A stretch of 64,000 nucleotides of DNA, taken from the sequence record MZ501268.1; one strand, given 5' to 3'. Positions 19,081 to 29,741 of the stretch are shown piece after piece. The notes beneath the pieces are model-generated. The model saw only the letters and a list, made by a program, of their open reading frames with translations. It did no database searches and was not told where the DNA came from. Within the stretch, counting starts at the first letter, position 1; the number at the start of each line of letters is the position of its first letter. The translations under genes were made by a program, and so were the position numbers.

Positions 19081-19110
19081 TTTAATCTACACCGTTAGGA
19101 GTTACCCAAG

Positions 19111-20631
19111 ATGTTACCAACCAACAACACCAACTTTGAAGCATATGTTGAGAAAGCTGTCATCTGTCGTACACCAGCTTACCAAGATATGTACCGTCGT
19201 CCGTACAACATGAACATTGGTAACGACACCTCACAGATCATCGGTAACATGAGTGCCGGTGTGGATTTCTCTCGTGAGCGTTTAGCGCCAATTGCCGCAT
19301 CAGTGATTGCACCGCAGACTCATGTTGAGAACATCTGCGCCATGCCATCTGGTTGGGGTAACGAACGCTGCCTGTTCATTCTGAAGATTGTTCACGGTAA
19401 TCCAAACAATGTGGGTGTGAGCAAACGTTGTCAGTATCTCACTGGTTACACTGACCGGATGGGTATGTTGATGTCTAACAACACCATCAACGATGTCTTG
19501 CTGGATCCGCAGATGCGTCTGTTCTTTAATACCAGCATGATCTTTAACGAAACCACGCACATCGATGGTTACGGCCAAAAGCAAGTAACAGCACAGCCGC
19601 TGATGGCCAGTCAGTTGGTAATGGGTCAGTTTGGTGGGGTTCATGGTCAGAACGACCGTACGTTGCGACCTGAAGATGTTTATTCAGCAATCAACGTTGG
19701 TCTGATGATTCAGAACAACAACCAGTACGATCAAGCCAATGGCGGTGGTAGCGGTCAGATCAGTCAGCTGTATGATGGTCGTACTGCATTCCAGCCAGGC
19801 CAGCCGTATAAGCTTTCTCAGCTGAACAACCTGATTCCATCGAACTATTTGAGTAAGGTGATTCAGAGTGCGGCAACCGAGCAGATCACACTGGGCGGCC
19901 ATCCAACTAATCCAGTAGATACCAGCAATCAGATTGCAACACATCTGAACGAAGGTTATCTGTCTAACGACATGACGCTGCAGCATGTGCTGGAACGTAC
20001 GGGTCTGCGTGAAAACAACTCTATCACGTATCACGAACTGAAAACGCTGTTACCTAACATCGAATATCCTGGTGTGATGATCAAAGCCGGTATGGAAGGC
20101 ATCAACACCGGTGTGGTTGAAGGTGCAGTCGGCGGTGCAGGTTCTGAGTACCATAATGGTGCGAACTACAAATCTGTTATTGCGGCTATGTTGAACAACG
20201 TAGTTACTGCACTGATGATGGATTTGATGGTTGGGTCTGTGTACATGACGGGCAACAACATGACCGTTGCTGACCACACCACTGGGATGATGAGCGGTCA
20301 GTTCAGTTTGCAGACTCCGTTTGCGACCTCGTTTGTTGATGGTCGTGACGCCATGCAGCTGTGCGAATCCTTGAAGATTCGTTTGATCCGTGAATTCCTG
20401 ACAAGCTTCACAGGACATAACCACGTCCCGTTAGGATTCACCATCCAGGCAAGTCTCATGGCTGAGACTGTCATCGATGTATCGTACAACAACGAACCAA
20501 AGACGCGCTTTGTATTCCCTGTGTTTGCAAATGCGTCTTATACCCCAATTGTGACTGGCGATCAGAATCACCTGAATAACATCGCTGTTCATACCCGTGC
20601 CCTGGTTGGTCAGCTGACCAATATTCTTTAA
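19111..20631 (+). CDS. picA: PicA/Imp1-like phage nucleus protein import factor (phiKZ gp69-like)
   Basis: 506 aa, follows the gp68-like gene; based on synteny only. Confidence 0.6.
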   Translation: MLPTNNTNFEAYVEKAVICRTPAYQDMYRRPYNMNIGNDTSQIIGNMSAGVDFSRERLAPIAASVIAPQTHVENICAMPSGWGNERCLFILKIVHGNPNNVGVSKRCQYLTGYTDRMGMLMSNNTINDVLLDPQMRLFFNTSMIFNETTHIDGYGQKQVTAQPLMASQLVMGQFGGVHGQNDRTLRPEDVYSAINVGLMIQNNNQYDQANGGGSGQISQLYDGRTAFQPGQPYKLSQLNNLIPSNYLSKVIQSAATEQITLGGHPTNPVDTSNQIATHLNEGYLSNDMTLQHVLERTGLRENNSITYHELKTLLPNIEYPGVMIKAGMEGINTGVVEGAVGGAGSEYHNGANYKSVIAAMLNNVVTALMMDLMVGSVYMTGNNMTVADHTTGMMSGQFSLQTPFATSFVDGRDAMQLCESLKIRLIREFLTSFTGHNHVPLGFTIQASLMAETVIDVSYNNEPKTRFVFPVFANASYTPIVTGDQNHLNNIAVHTRALVGQLTNIL

Positions 20632-20645
20632 AGGAAAGACAAAAC

Positions 20646-22163
20646 ATGACGACTCCATTACTTGCTTACTACAACGGCTTCCTGGAATCAGTAGGCGGTG
20701 TCATTGATCCGTCTACGGGCGTGGTAAGTTATGAACGCAGTACTGGCTTGAAGCCGATACTGATCGACGGTAAAGAACTGACATTACCGACTGAAGCATT
20801 CCAACGTAATCCGGACTGGACTCGCTTCGTGCCATTCCATCCTCTGTCTGAATCAATCGCCCGTGGCGAATCTGAAGTGCTGCAGAAAGTCAAAGAGCTG
20901 ATTGGTCTGCGTCTGTTCTTCAAATACAGCGAACTGTGTGAAGCGCTGCTGATGCTGGGTGCGAACTCTGAGTCACAATCTAAACTGACCCCAACCCAGA
21001 TGAAGTTCCTGGAAGGTCTGGGTGATGCAGATGAGAAGACCGTTGAGAACTTCTCAAAGATCCTGGCGAAAGCAAAGATCACGTTTGAAGGTGGTGAGAA
21101 CCGTTGTCTGATCTCTCTGTTCCTGAAACGTGGTGGTACACTCAATGGGCAGAAGTTTGCTCGTCTGTGTGTGGTGGCGTTCCCGTATTACGAAGCGCTG
21201 TGTAAGATCGAAAACGAACCGGCTGATAAGCGTCAGGTGTTTGGTGTGCCATTGCGTGCAAAAGACATCAAAGTGCTGAAGCGTCTGCATGAAGTGATCG
21301 TGCCGAACAGTGATGATGGTATCTATTCTCTGGGTACCAACACACAGACTGCGCCGTACTGGGGTGCGTTGATGATGACGTACACCAACCTGGCCAATCA
21401 GTTCAACAGCATCATCAAGCCGTTCTCTAAAGTGATCAAATCACTGAAGACCATCGACACGTCCTGGGATGTGGGTGATGAGCTGCAACAGTTCCGTTCT
21501 GAAATCCCACCGATGCCGTATAACGAAGGTGCAGATTCCAGTAAACCAACTGAACCCGCGCAGACTCAGCAGCAACCTCAGGTAACTCAGCCGCAGACTA
21601 TCCCGCAGCCAACGGGTAATCTGGTACAGCAGCCAGCAACGGTGCAGCAGGCGCCTTCATTCAGTCCAAACCAGAACGCGGTCCATCCGCCAGCCCAAGC
21701 TGTTAAACCGTCCAACGGTAGCGGTCTGAGCTTTAACGATGCCATGAACAAATCGGGTATGGGTATGATGCAGCAGCCACAGATGCAGATGCCGGGCATG
21801 ATGTTCCCACAACAGCAGATGCCAATGTATCCGCAGCAACAACAGATGTACCCTCAGATGCAAATGCAAATGCCGATGCAGCAGTTACCAATGCCGCCAG
21901 TCTCTCAACCAGCTGGTCAGCAGGGTTACCCGCAACAGCAGCAAATGTATTTCAACGGCCAGCTCCCAATGCCACCTGTGTCTCAGCAGCAACCACAGGG
22001 TTATCCGCAGCAGGGCTATCCACAGATGCAGATGCCAATGTATCCGCAACAGCAACAGCAGATGTATCCAGGTATGATGCCTCAGATGCAAATGCCGGGT
22101 ATGATGCCGCAGGGTTATCCGCAACAGCAACAACAGCCGATGTTCCAGTTCCAACCGCGTTAA
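20646..22163 (+). CDS. phiKZ gp70-like protein with Q/P/M-rich C-terminal domain
   Basis: Globular N-terminal ~295 aa followed by ~200 aa of low complexity; synteny. Confidence 0.7.
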   Translation: MTTPLLAYYNGFLESVGGVIDPSTGVVSYERSTGLKPILIDGKELTLPTEAFQRNPDWTRFVPFHPLSESIARGESEVLQKVKELIGLRLFFKYSELCEALLMLGANSESQSKLTPTQMKFLEGLGDADEKTVENFSKILAKAKITFEGGENRCLISLFLKRGGTLNGQKFARLCVVAFPYYEALCKIENEPADKRQVFGVPLRAKDIKVLKRLHEVIVPNSDDGIYSLGTNTQTAPYWGALMMTYTNLANQFNSIIKPFSKVIKSLKTIDTSWDVGDELQQFRSEIPPMPYNEGADSSKPTEPAQTQQQPQVTQPQTIPQPTGNLVQQPATVQQAPSFSPNQNAVHPPAQAVKPSNGSGLSFNDAMNKSGMGMMQQPQMQMPGMMFPQQQMPMYPQQQQMYPQMQMQMPMQQLPMPPVSQPAGQQGYPQQQQMYFNGQLPMPPVSQQQPQGYPQQGYPQMQMPMYPQQQQQMYPGMMPQMQMPGMMPQGYPQQQQQPMFQFQPR

Positions 22164-22175
22164 CCAACATCTGAT

Positions 22176-22208
22176 CGGCATAAGGAGAGGCTACGGCCTC
22201 TCCTCTTT
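22176..22208. terminator. Bidirectional hairpin between convergent genes
   Basis: CGGCATAA-GGAGAGGC-TACG-GCCTCTCCT-CTTT. Confidence 0.75.
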
Positions 22209-22213
22209 CAGTG

Positions 22214-22549
22214 TCATTTTTTATTTGAGTTGTAGAGATCCCTAATAGATGAAAGCAATGCAGAATTCTCATCTATTAGTTTTACACTCGTTGTGATCAA
22301 GTCCCATCTGAATGGATCGATGATGTTGTTGATCCGCATAGTTAACCAATGCATGTGATAAGGAACACCAAATTCCAATAACAACATGCGAAAGTCACCG
22401 CGTTCTTCATACTGTTCAAGAGGTGTGGGTGGGGTAAAATCAGTAGCATTGGCCCGAAGAAAATCGAGATGATGTACCAGGACCTGACGAAAGCCGACAT
22501 CTTGAAACAGGCTATCAGTTGGGTGTTTGATTTCATTGCTGACTTGCAT
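22214..22549 (-). CDS. Small antisense hypothetical protein inside the core block
   Basis: 111 aa, fills the gap exactly, ends at the bidirectional terminator, AGGT upstream. Confidence 0.7.
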   Translation of the reverse strand: MQVSNEIKHPTDSLFQDVGFRQVLVHHLDFLRANATDFTPPTPLEQYEERGDFRMLLLEFGVPYHMHWLTMRINNIIDPFRWDLITTSVKLIDENSALLSSIRDLYNSNKK

Positions 22550-22573
22550 ATGCGCGAATACCTATACTTGTTT

Positions 22574-22590
22574 AAGCCTATATTATCTCT
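22574..22590 (+). promoter_or_regulatory. Putative promoter CCTATATTAT upstream of the nvRNAP beta gene
   Basis: TATATTAT at 22579-22586, preceded by CC as in the other copies. Confidence 0.5.
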
Positions 22591-22616
22591 TGGCAGTTAG
22601 GTTGATAAAAGGAATC

Positions 22617-24725
22617 ATGATGAGTCATATTACCGAAGCCAGTGAACTCTCTGCAGAGCTACTTGGCAGTGTGTTATGTTTGAACCCAACCGTACATGGC
22701 GATAGCAGCCCACGTTCTGCTATGTTCGGTGGTCATGCAGGACAGGCAGTTACCATTGAAGGTAGCACGCCACGGATGTTGAAAACCGGTGTTGAGTATG
22801 AATACGGTAAGCGCACCTTCAAAATTGAAGCGCCGTGTAACATGCTTGTGATCGGTGTGATTAACCGCTTTGTAACTAACCAGGTAGGCGCAGGGGGTGT
22901 GAAAGAGAACCCTGAGAAGTATGTAGTCTATCAGAATCTGAGTGTGACCAACGGCACACCAACTTTCGGTATTCTGTGTATCCCAACGTACCATACCCGC
23001 AACCATGCGTTAGGGTTTAAGTATGTCATGGACAGTAAGAACTTAAGCCGTCTGTATACGACGGACAAGATCTATATCGATAAAGGCGCGGTGTTTGCCC
23101 GTTCTCCGAACTTAACCAACGGCGGGGATTATAAGTACGGTCGTGAAACCAACGTGGCCTTCATGTCATTACCGGAAGTCGAGCAGGACGGAATGGTGGT
23201 GACAGAAACCTTTGCACAGGCGATGGCGTGTACAAAGATTGAAAGCCGTATTGCACAATGGGGCGATGACTATGTGTTGTTGAACCTGTATGGCGATGAC
23301 CAGAACTATAAAGCCTTCCCGGATATCGGTGATAAGATCCGACCTGATGGGATGTTGTTTGCTATTCGCCGTATTATGCCGGGCACAGGTATCGTTAACC
23401 TGACACCAAAAGCCCTGCGGATCTTTGACTCCACCTTTGATGACCCAACGTATGCCGAAGCCGGCGCAACGGTAATCAACATCCAGGTGAACTCTGACCG
23501 TATGCGTACAGGTCGTACTGAAGTTCAGTTCTACGATAAGCAGACTGAACGTTATGAACGCGCTGCACGTGAGTTCTCCAAATCCCTGCGTAAGATCTAC
23601 GATGATCTCTATCGTCAGTATGGCATGGGGATGACACTGGAACCTGAACTGAACCGTATGGTAACTGATGCGATATCGGATACCGGGGGAATGGATCGTA
23701 AGATCAACAACCAAGGTCAGATCACCAGTGTGGATAAAGGCACTCAGGTTTACAACAAAGTGCCAATCGGCGACTGGCGTGTGAAGATCACCTTCGTGAA
23801 ACGTATCGAAGCCGGTGTACGCTTTAAGATCACCGATACTCATGGCGGGAAAGGCGTTATTGTTAATGTGATTCCGGATGTAGATGCGCCGGTTGATGAT
23901 TACGGCGTACGTGCTGACGTCATTATGGATGATGTGTCTATCACCAAACGTATGAACCTGGGTAAGCCAGCTGAGCAGTACATCAACGGGGCATCGGTGT
24001 ATGCAACGAAGGTTGCTCGTCAGTTTGCACAGTCTGGTGATATGGATGGTGCGTGGAATCACCTGATGAGTTATTATCAGGCAGCGGCGTATGAGCAATG
24101 GGAGCTGATGCAAACACCAACGTATCAGGACAAACCTAATCGCGATCATCATGTGCGTTGGGTGTGTGACCATGGCGTTGAACTGTTTGCACCAACGAAT
24201 CGCCGTTACTTCGGTGCTGAGCAGATTCGTCGTATCATGAAGGATCATGACTTCCCAGTCAGCCCAGTGACGTATCGCGCACCAGATGGCCGTATGGTTC
24301 GTACCCGTGACCCGGTAGTGATTGCACCAATTTACATTATCCTGCTGGAGAAGATGGGTGAGTATTGGGCGTCTTGTGCGATTCCAAAGCTGACACACTT
24401 CGGGACGCTGTCCTCGTTGACGCAGTCGGATAAGTTCTCTCTGCCATGGCGTAACACACCGACACGATTCGGTGAGTCTGAGCTGCGTCTGTTCTTAGCA
24501 GCCTGTCGTGGGTATTATGCTAACCGTCTGCAAAGCATGGCGAACACGCCAGCAATGCAAAAGGAAGCCGCATTGATGTTCTTGCGTCATGAGACACCGA
24601 TGAATATCCCGAACGTTATTAATGAAGAGATAACTCCGCTGGGTCGTGCGCGTCCATTACAGATGTACAAGCACAATCAGGGTTGTCGTGGTATTGAATT
24701 TGAAACAACGGTCTTAGCACAATAA
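22617..24725 (+). CDS. nvRNAP beta C-terminal subunit (phiKZ gp71-73-like), uninterrupted
   Basis: KITDTHGGKG, KRMNLG and RFGESE match beta-subunit motifs. Start moved to ATG 22617 (AAGGA SD). Confidence 0.9.
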   Translation: MMSHITEASELSAELLGSVLCLNPTVHGDSSPRSAMFGGHAGQAVTIEGSTPRMLKTGVEYEYGKRTFKIEAPCNMLVIGVINRFVTNQVGAGGVKENPEKYVVYQNLSVTNGTPTFGILCIPTYHTRNHALGFKYVMDSKNLSRLYTTDKIYIDKGAVFARSPNLTNGGDYKYGRETNVAFMSLPEVEQDGMVVTETFAQAMACTKIESRIAQWGDDYVLLNLYGDDQNYKAFPDIGDKIRPDGMLFAIRRIMPGTGIVNLTPKALRIFDSTFDDPTYAEAGATVINIQVNSDRMRTGRTEVQFYDKQTERYERAAREFSKSLRKIYDDLYRQYGMGMTLEPELNRMVTDAISDTGGMDRKINNQGQITSVDKGTQVYNKVPIGDWRVKITFVKRIEAGVRFKITDTHGGKGVIVNVIPDVDAPVDDYGVRADVIMDDVSITKRMNLGKPAEQYINGASVYATKVARQFAQSGDMDGAWNHLMSYYQAAAYEQWELMQTPTYQDKPNRDHHVRWVCDHGVELFAPTNRRYFGAEQIRRIMKDHDFPVSPVTYRAPDGRMVRTRDPVVIAPIYIILLEKMGEYWASCAIPKLTHFGTLSSLTQSDKFSLPWRNTPTRFGESELRLFLAACRGYYANRLQSMANTPAMQKEAALMFLRHETPMNIPNVINEEITPLGRARPLQMYKHNQGCRGIEFETTVLAQ

Positions 24726-24735
24726 GGGGTGTGGA

Positions 24736-26703
24736 ATGCAAAGCTATCATTGGCGAGATCTTCTGGTCATGTCTGAGGAACAGATCTGGCAATTAGATCC
24801 AGCAATCAACAACCCAATGGTTGAAGTGGTAACAGAGGATGCTACCCTTCAACTTCCTGTGCGACAAGTTATTGGTAGTTGGTACTGTTGGCCGTTCCAA
24901 AAGCTCTATCGTGAGATGGTGTTGTGCAAGCGTCATTTCATTACGGCGTTTCGTCTCTCCAACAAAAGCATCCTGGGGATCATGACTCACGGCTATCGTG
25001 ATTACGATGCAATGCGTCAGGGAACAGTTCTGGATGTGGTTGCACTGAATAGCATCATTGCAAAAACAGTCAACCGTATTAACAATGCGTTCGTTACTCG
25101 CATTCCAGAATACGTCACGACCTCCGGTATGAAGCAATATATCGAGATCGTTGATGATCCTGAGTTCAAAGCAATCCGTGATGCGATGGAACCTAACCAG
25201 AACTCCATTCGTGATGGCTATGATCAATCTCTGAGCTTATTGATGAATCCGAAGAAGTATATCGGTAATCAGGTAGCGGAGTATGTTAAGCAGGGTTCTG
25301 CCTCTGCTGGTCAGGCCTTACAATGTTTGGTGGTGCGTGGTTATCTGACGGACCATAACTCCCGTATCTTCGTCAAACCAGTAATGGGCAACTATGTCGA
25401 AGGTTTGGGTAAGTTCTACGATTCTTTCGTAGAGTCACGTTCTGCAACCAAAGCAGCGTTGTTCACCAAGAAACCGCTGGAAGATTCCGAATGGTTTAAC
25501 CGTAAAATGCAGCTGGTTGCACAAGCGGTTCAGAAGATCCATTTGGGTGAAGACTGTGGTTCGACCGTAACTGTCCCTATTGTTATGCGTCGTGGCTGGG
25601 CAGCTGCAATGGCCGGGAAGTATTATCTTGATGACGATGGTCAATACAAGATGATCTCTGAAGATGATAAACAGCTAGAGAACCGACTGCTTCATATCCG
25701 TTCTCCGATGTATTGTAATCATCCAGACCGTACCGGCATTTGTGAGCGTTGTTATGGTAAGTTAGCGGTGTCGATTCCCTACTTTAACGTAGAAGGGAAG
25801 ATTGGGGATAACCAGGTTATTGCAGGTCATGTCAGTGCAACAGAAATCGGTGAGGATCTCTCACAGAAAATGTTGTCGACGAAACACCTCGATACCTCCT
25901 CAACGGTGGATCCTTTTATCATCCGTCGTGCTGATATGTTGTACGTGAAGCCAGGTCGGCGTGAAAACGCCATTCGTCTGAATCCACGTCTGCGTAACGA
26001 CAAGGTGATCATGAAGGTAAGTTTCGACAAAACTACCGCATTATCTGATATCGCAGTTGCCGAAAACTTAGATGAAGTAGCAACGCGTGTTTCTGGTTTC
26101 AACGAGATCGTGCTGGAGTTTGAGCGTGAAGATGGGGGTAAAGAATCTATCCCGGTTAACACCACTCAGGGTTCTCGTCAGGGTCAGTTTACTGTCGAGT
26201 TCCTGCGTTACTTACAGCGCGTAAGCTGGACGAGTGCGGATAAAGATTATATCGCTATCCGTTTGGATCAGTTTGACTATGATTGCGATGTGGTTGAATT
26301 GCCGTTAGTGCATGAAGACATGATGGCGTATCAGAAGCAGATTGAATCCTACATTCGTTTCAGTAAAGAATCGGCGAACTGGAAGAACAAGTTTGTCACG
26401 CCAGATGAAGTGGGTGTGGTGCTGGATCAGTTCTATTCATTATTACGTCAGCGTCTTGGTGTGAACATTGTTCATGCGGAAATGATGTTGTACTCGGTAA
26501 TGACCATGGATCCATCGAAAGGCGATTACCGTCTACCACGGGCACACGAAACACGCCAGTTCTCTTCGTATCACGAATGTATTGAGTATCGTTCTTTATC
26601 GGTACAGCTCGTGTATCAGGAACAGGCTGCCGTGATGCTGAAACCATCCACCTTCTTAAATGACAAACGACAACCGCACCCGATGGATGAAATCTTCAAA
26701 TAA
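24736..26703 (+). CDS. nvRNAP beta' C-terminal subunit (phiKZ gp74-like)
   Basis: EDCG, RSPMYC and GICERCYG Zn site; LSQKMLSTKH. Confidence 0.9.
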   Translation: MQSYHWRDLLVMSEEQIWQLDPAINNPMVEVVTEDATLQLPVRQVIGSWYCWPFQKLYREMVLCKRHFITAFRLSNKSILGIMTHGYRDYDAMRQGTVLDVVALNSIIAKTVNRINNAFVTRIPEYVTTSGMKQYIEIVDDPEFKAIRDAMEPNQNSIRDGYDQSLSLLMNPKKYIGNQVAEYVKQGSASAGQALQCLVVRGYLTDHNSRIFVKPVMGNYVEGLGKFYDSFVESRSATKAALFTKKPLEDSEWFNRKMQLVAQAVQKIHLGEDCGSTVTVPIVMRRGWAAAMAGKYYLDDDGQYKMISEDDKQLENRLLHIRSPMYCNHPDRTGICERCYGKLAVSIPYFNVEGKIGDNQVIAGHVSATEIGEDLSQKMLSTKHLDTSSTVDPFIIRRADMLYVKPGRRENAIRLNPRLRNDKVIMKVSFDKTTALSDIAVAENLDEVATRVSGFNEIVLEFEREDGGKESIPVNTTQGSRQGQFTVEFLRYLQRVSWTSADKDYIAIRLDQFDYDCDVVELPLVHEDMMAYQKQIESYIRFSKESANWKNKFVTPDEVGVVLDQFYSLLRQRLGVNIVHAEMMLYSVMTMDPSKGDYRLPRAHETRQFSSYHECIEYRSLSVQLVYQEQAAVMLKPSTFLNDKRQPHPMDEIFK

Positions 26704-26711
26704 GTAAGAGG

Positions 26712-28265
26712 TTGGCGATGCGCAATACTGCGACAATCACCCTTAACAGCCATGGGTTTACTGTGTCTGATTATAATGGTGAGTTTTACGATAAGTTGAA
26801 GTTGTATTGCGCTCGTTTTGTCAAAACAAAAATGGTCTCTAAGGTTGTCCACGGACGGAGAATCTTGGCTAAAGAAAATGACCGTGTTTTTGCGAGCGCT
26901 TTAAACAACCGACGAGAGATCCGCTTTCACATCAACTGCTATGAGGACTTCAAACGCCACATGCAGCAGTGGGGATTTAACGTCTCCCGCTTTAAGGAAG
27001 TGCGAACTGAAATCCCTGAGGGCAAGAATGCCCAATTTGAATTCAAGTTCGAAGGTGTAGGTCCGCGTGATCACCAAACGGAATGGCTGGAGTACCAGTT
27101 AAATAAAGACCAGGGTGAAGTCACAACGAAGATCAATACCCTTCAAACAGGGAAAGGAAAATCGTTCTGTGGCATTTACAACATGGTCAAGCTGGGAAAG
27201 GTAACAGTCATTGTCATCATGCCAAAATACATCAATGGATGGATTATTGCACTGAACGACTTTGTGAAGTTATCTGAAGGCGATATCATGGTGGTGCAAG
27301 GGTCAGGTGAACTCAACGGCTGCATGAAGTTAGCTGAACAGGGTAAACTGACCTCGCGTATCATTATCGTGAGTCTTCCTACCTTCCAGTATTACATGTC
27401 GGAGTATGAAGATAACAACGGCGTGATGACCCACTACAACTACACACCTGATCAATTCTGGAAACTGATTAATCCCGGCTTCCTAATCGTCGATGAAGGC
27501 CATGAGTCTATTCATGCGCTCTTTAAATTTGATCTCTACACCAACGTCAGAAACAAACTGGTATTATCCGCAACACTTGAGGCCGATGATCAGTTTGTGA
27601 ATGACATGTACTTTGTTATCTACCCGAATAAGATCCGGTTCAGGGGAGGTGAATACGACAAGTACATTGAAGCTGTGGCATTACTCTACGGCTTGGTGAA
27701 CGGAAAGAAAGTCAAGACCAAAGGGTTTGGCGGCACTTACAACCATGTGAAGTTTGAGCAGAGTATTATCAAGGACAAAGCGCTATTAAAGACTTACCTT
27801 GGTTTAATCAACAAAGTGTTCTGTTACTTCTTTGTTAATAAGAAGGAAGCAAATCAACGATGTCTGATTTACTGTGCGACGGTTGAGATGTGCTTGTACG
27901 TGACGGACTATCTGAATCAGATTCATGATACGATGATTATCCGTAAGTACACCCAAGAAGATCCGAAGGAGACGTTGTATGAGTCTGACGTGAGTGTTTC
28001 GACACTGAAGTCAGCCGGTACTGGTGTGGACATTCCTGGTCTGCGCACCTGTATCATGACGATCGCTATCGGTTCTAGACAAGCGAATGACCAGGCATTG
28101 GGTCGACTGCGTAGATTGAAAGACTATCCAGACACCGTCCCGACGTTTGTGTACTTTGCCTGTACGGGTATCGAATCCCACATGAAGTACCATGCCAAAA
28201 AGCAAGAACTGTTCCCGATCAAGACGTTAAGTCTGCGTGAGGTCAGTAGCGGTATCTCGTTGTAA
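26712..28265 (+). CDS. SF2 DExH helicase (phiKZ gp75-like)
   Basis: TGKGKS, DEGH, SAT, GTGVDIPG and GRLRR motifs. Confidence 0.9.
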   Translation: MAMRNTATITLNSHGFTVSDYNGEFYDKLKLYCARFVKTKMVSKVVHGRRILAKENDRVFASALNNRREIRFHINCYEDFKRHMQQWGFNVSRFKEVRTEIPEGKNAQFEFKFEGVGPRDHQTEWLEYQLNKDQGEVTTKINTLQTGKGKSFCGIYNMVKLGKVTVIVIMPKYINGWIIALNDFVKLSEGDIMVVQGSGELNGCMKLAEQGKLTSRIIIVSLPTFQYYMSEYEDNNGVMTHYNYTPDQFWKLINPGFLIVDEGHESIHALFKFDLYTNVRNKLVLSATLEADDQFVNDMYFVIYPNKIRFRGGEYDKYIEAVALLYGLVNGKKVKTKGFGGTYNHVKFEQSIIKDKALLKTYLGLINKVFCYFFVNKKEANQRCLIYCATVEMCLYVTDYLNQIHDTMIIRKYTQEDPKETLYESDVSVSTLKSAGTGVDIPGLRTCIMTIAIGSRQANDQALGRLRRLKDYPDTVPTFVYFACTGIESHMKYHAKKQELFPIKTLSLREVSSGISL

Positions 28266-28275
28266 TAAACTGATT

Positions 28276-28333
28276 GTGTAAAAGACCGGGGTTCGTCCTT
28301 GGTCTTTTACACATCTTTTTCCTTTTCTTTTTT
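28276..28333 (+). terminator. Long hairpin terminator
   Basis: GTGTAAAAGACC...GGTCTTTTACAC (12 bp) followed by T tracts. Confidence 0.8.
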
Positions 28334-28351
28334 GTTGAGGATACACGGCTT

Positions 28352-28678
28352 ATGACTAGAAAGATTTTGGTAATGGGGTGTAGAGACATGGTTGGCTCTG
28401 CGCTGCTTGCTCGTTTGATGGAGATGGAGGGTGTTGAAATCACAACCACTGAGGAACTTCATCGTCGCTGGTCAAGTGAGCGGGGGATTGCTAATCTGGA
28501 AGATATTGCTCGTCGGCTTGAGAAAGCAACCGAGGATAATCGCTTAATGGCTGGACTGCCAAGCTATTGGGATAACTTCATCGAGATGCGTGATCAACAA
28601 ATCTATCACCAAACCCGTATCCCACCGAAGAAAGCCGTATGCAGCTCTCGTCATAAAGGTCGGAGGTTTAAAGGATGA
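28352..28678 (+). CDS. Hypothetical protein with basic C-terminus
   Basis: Start moved to ATG 28352 (GAGG SD). Confidence 0.65.
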   Translation: MTRKILVMGCRDMVGSALLARLMEMEGVEITTTEELHRRWSSERGIANLEDIARRLEKATEDNRLMAGLPSYWDNFIEMRDQQIYHQTRIPPKKAVCSSRHKGRRFKG

Positions 28679-28992
28679 GTAATAATCGTGCATTGAAGTA
28701 TTGCTTGACCAAAGTCAGTCGACGCGTGCGTGACGGCGATGCCCGAAATGCATCCCGTTGTTTGTGTCGTTATATCGAAGAGCAAGTGGCCATCAGAGAC
28801 ATGAGCGCCATTGATCGTCTTTTAGTTCAGTGCCGCGATAAAAAGGTACCCCTAAAAGAGATCAACAAAGTGTCACTGCTGCGCAGCTGTTTTCGTCTGC
28901 GTGAAAGCTTACGTGAATATCAGTCGTGCTTGGACCTGTGGCGTCAGGATCTAAAAGCGGCGGGTATGGATAACCTATTGATAGGATTGTAA
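28675..28992 (+). CDS. Hypothetical protein
   Basis: ATGA coupling with the upstream gene. Confidence 0.65.
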   Translation: MSNNRALKYCLTKVSRRVRDGDARNASRCLCRYIEEQVAIRDMSAIDRLLVQCRDKKVPLKEINKVSLLRSCFRLRESLREYQSCLDLWRQDLKAAGMDNLLIGL

Positions 28993-28993
28993 C

Positions 28994-29356
28994 ATGTCCG
29001 ATTACAGTACCGATATTTTTAAGGCCATCAGTTGTAAGACCCCGACTAAGGGCAGCGAGCTTTACATTGATGACTTTGGTGATTTGTGGATGCTGATTCC
29101 TCGCATCAACCGTTTTGGTGAGCAATCTGTGTACCGTCAGTATGCTGGTAACCTGACCCTTGCCAGCGCACCGAGTGCCATGTACCAGGGGCAGATGTAT
29201 GTCTGTGAGTTACTCCCAGGGTACCATTTGATTTTGGTTAACCAGACAGCCCTTGTTAACCAGTATACCCTGGTCCAGTATGTGCGTACGCGTTCTGCAA
29301 AAGTAGAGGCGCGTTATCGTAGGAAACCCAAGGCGTTAGGAAGGCCGTATGCTTAA
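28994..29356 (+). CDS. Hypothetical protein
   Basis: 120 aa, co-oriented operon. Confidence 0.7.
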   Translation: MSDYSTDIFKAISCKTPTKGSELYIDDFGDLWMLIPRINRFGEQSVYRQYAGNLTLASAPSAMYQGQMYVCELLPGYHLILVNQTALVNQYTLVQYVRTRSAKVEARYRRKPKALGRPYA

Positions 29357-29702
29357 GTTACTTAAACGACTCTTTAACAGGAAGAAAGCAGAACCGGCGC
29401 GTGTTGAACCGGCGGTGTTTGAGAAACGCCTCAAAGAGATTCCTGTTCGTCAACCGGTCAGGGCGGTTAGACCGACTGTAACACACCGTCCTATCAGTAA
29501 ATGTAACGACGAGAGTCAGTTGACTGCGTTGTTTGCAGCACAGCAGTTCTACGACCTGCCAGACCCCACCCCTTCATCTTATCACGCCAGACAGGATCAT
29601 CATGCCACGCCCCATCATACTAGCCATCGTGACGATAGCCATAACGACACTGGCGCTAGTGACTACAGCAGTGGATCTGATAGCAGCAGTCCATCTGATT
29701 GA
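29349..29702 (+). CDS. Hypothetical protein with His/Ser/Asp-rich tail
   Basis: Amphipathic N-terminus MLKLLKRLF and low-complexity C-terminus. Confidence 0.65.
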   Translation: MLKLLKRLFNRKKAEPARVEPAVFEKRLKEIPVRQPVRAVRPTVTHRPISKCNDESQLTALFAAQQFYDLPDPTPSSYHARQDHHATPHHTSHRDDSHNDTGASDYSSGSDSSSPSD

Positions 29703-29741
29703 TCAACTAACTTAATCTTAGGTAATAAAAGGAAGAATAAC

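Noticed and set aside
22617-26703. Group I intron or intein in nvRNAP genes, as in phiKZ gp71-73
   Set aside because: Both reading frames are continuous, with no embedded endonuclease or intein motifs seen.
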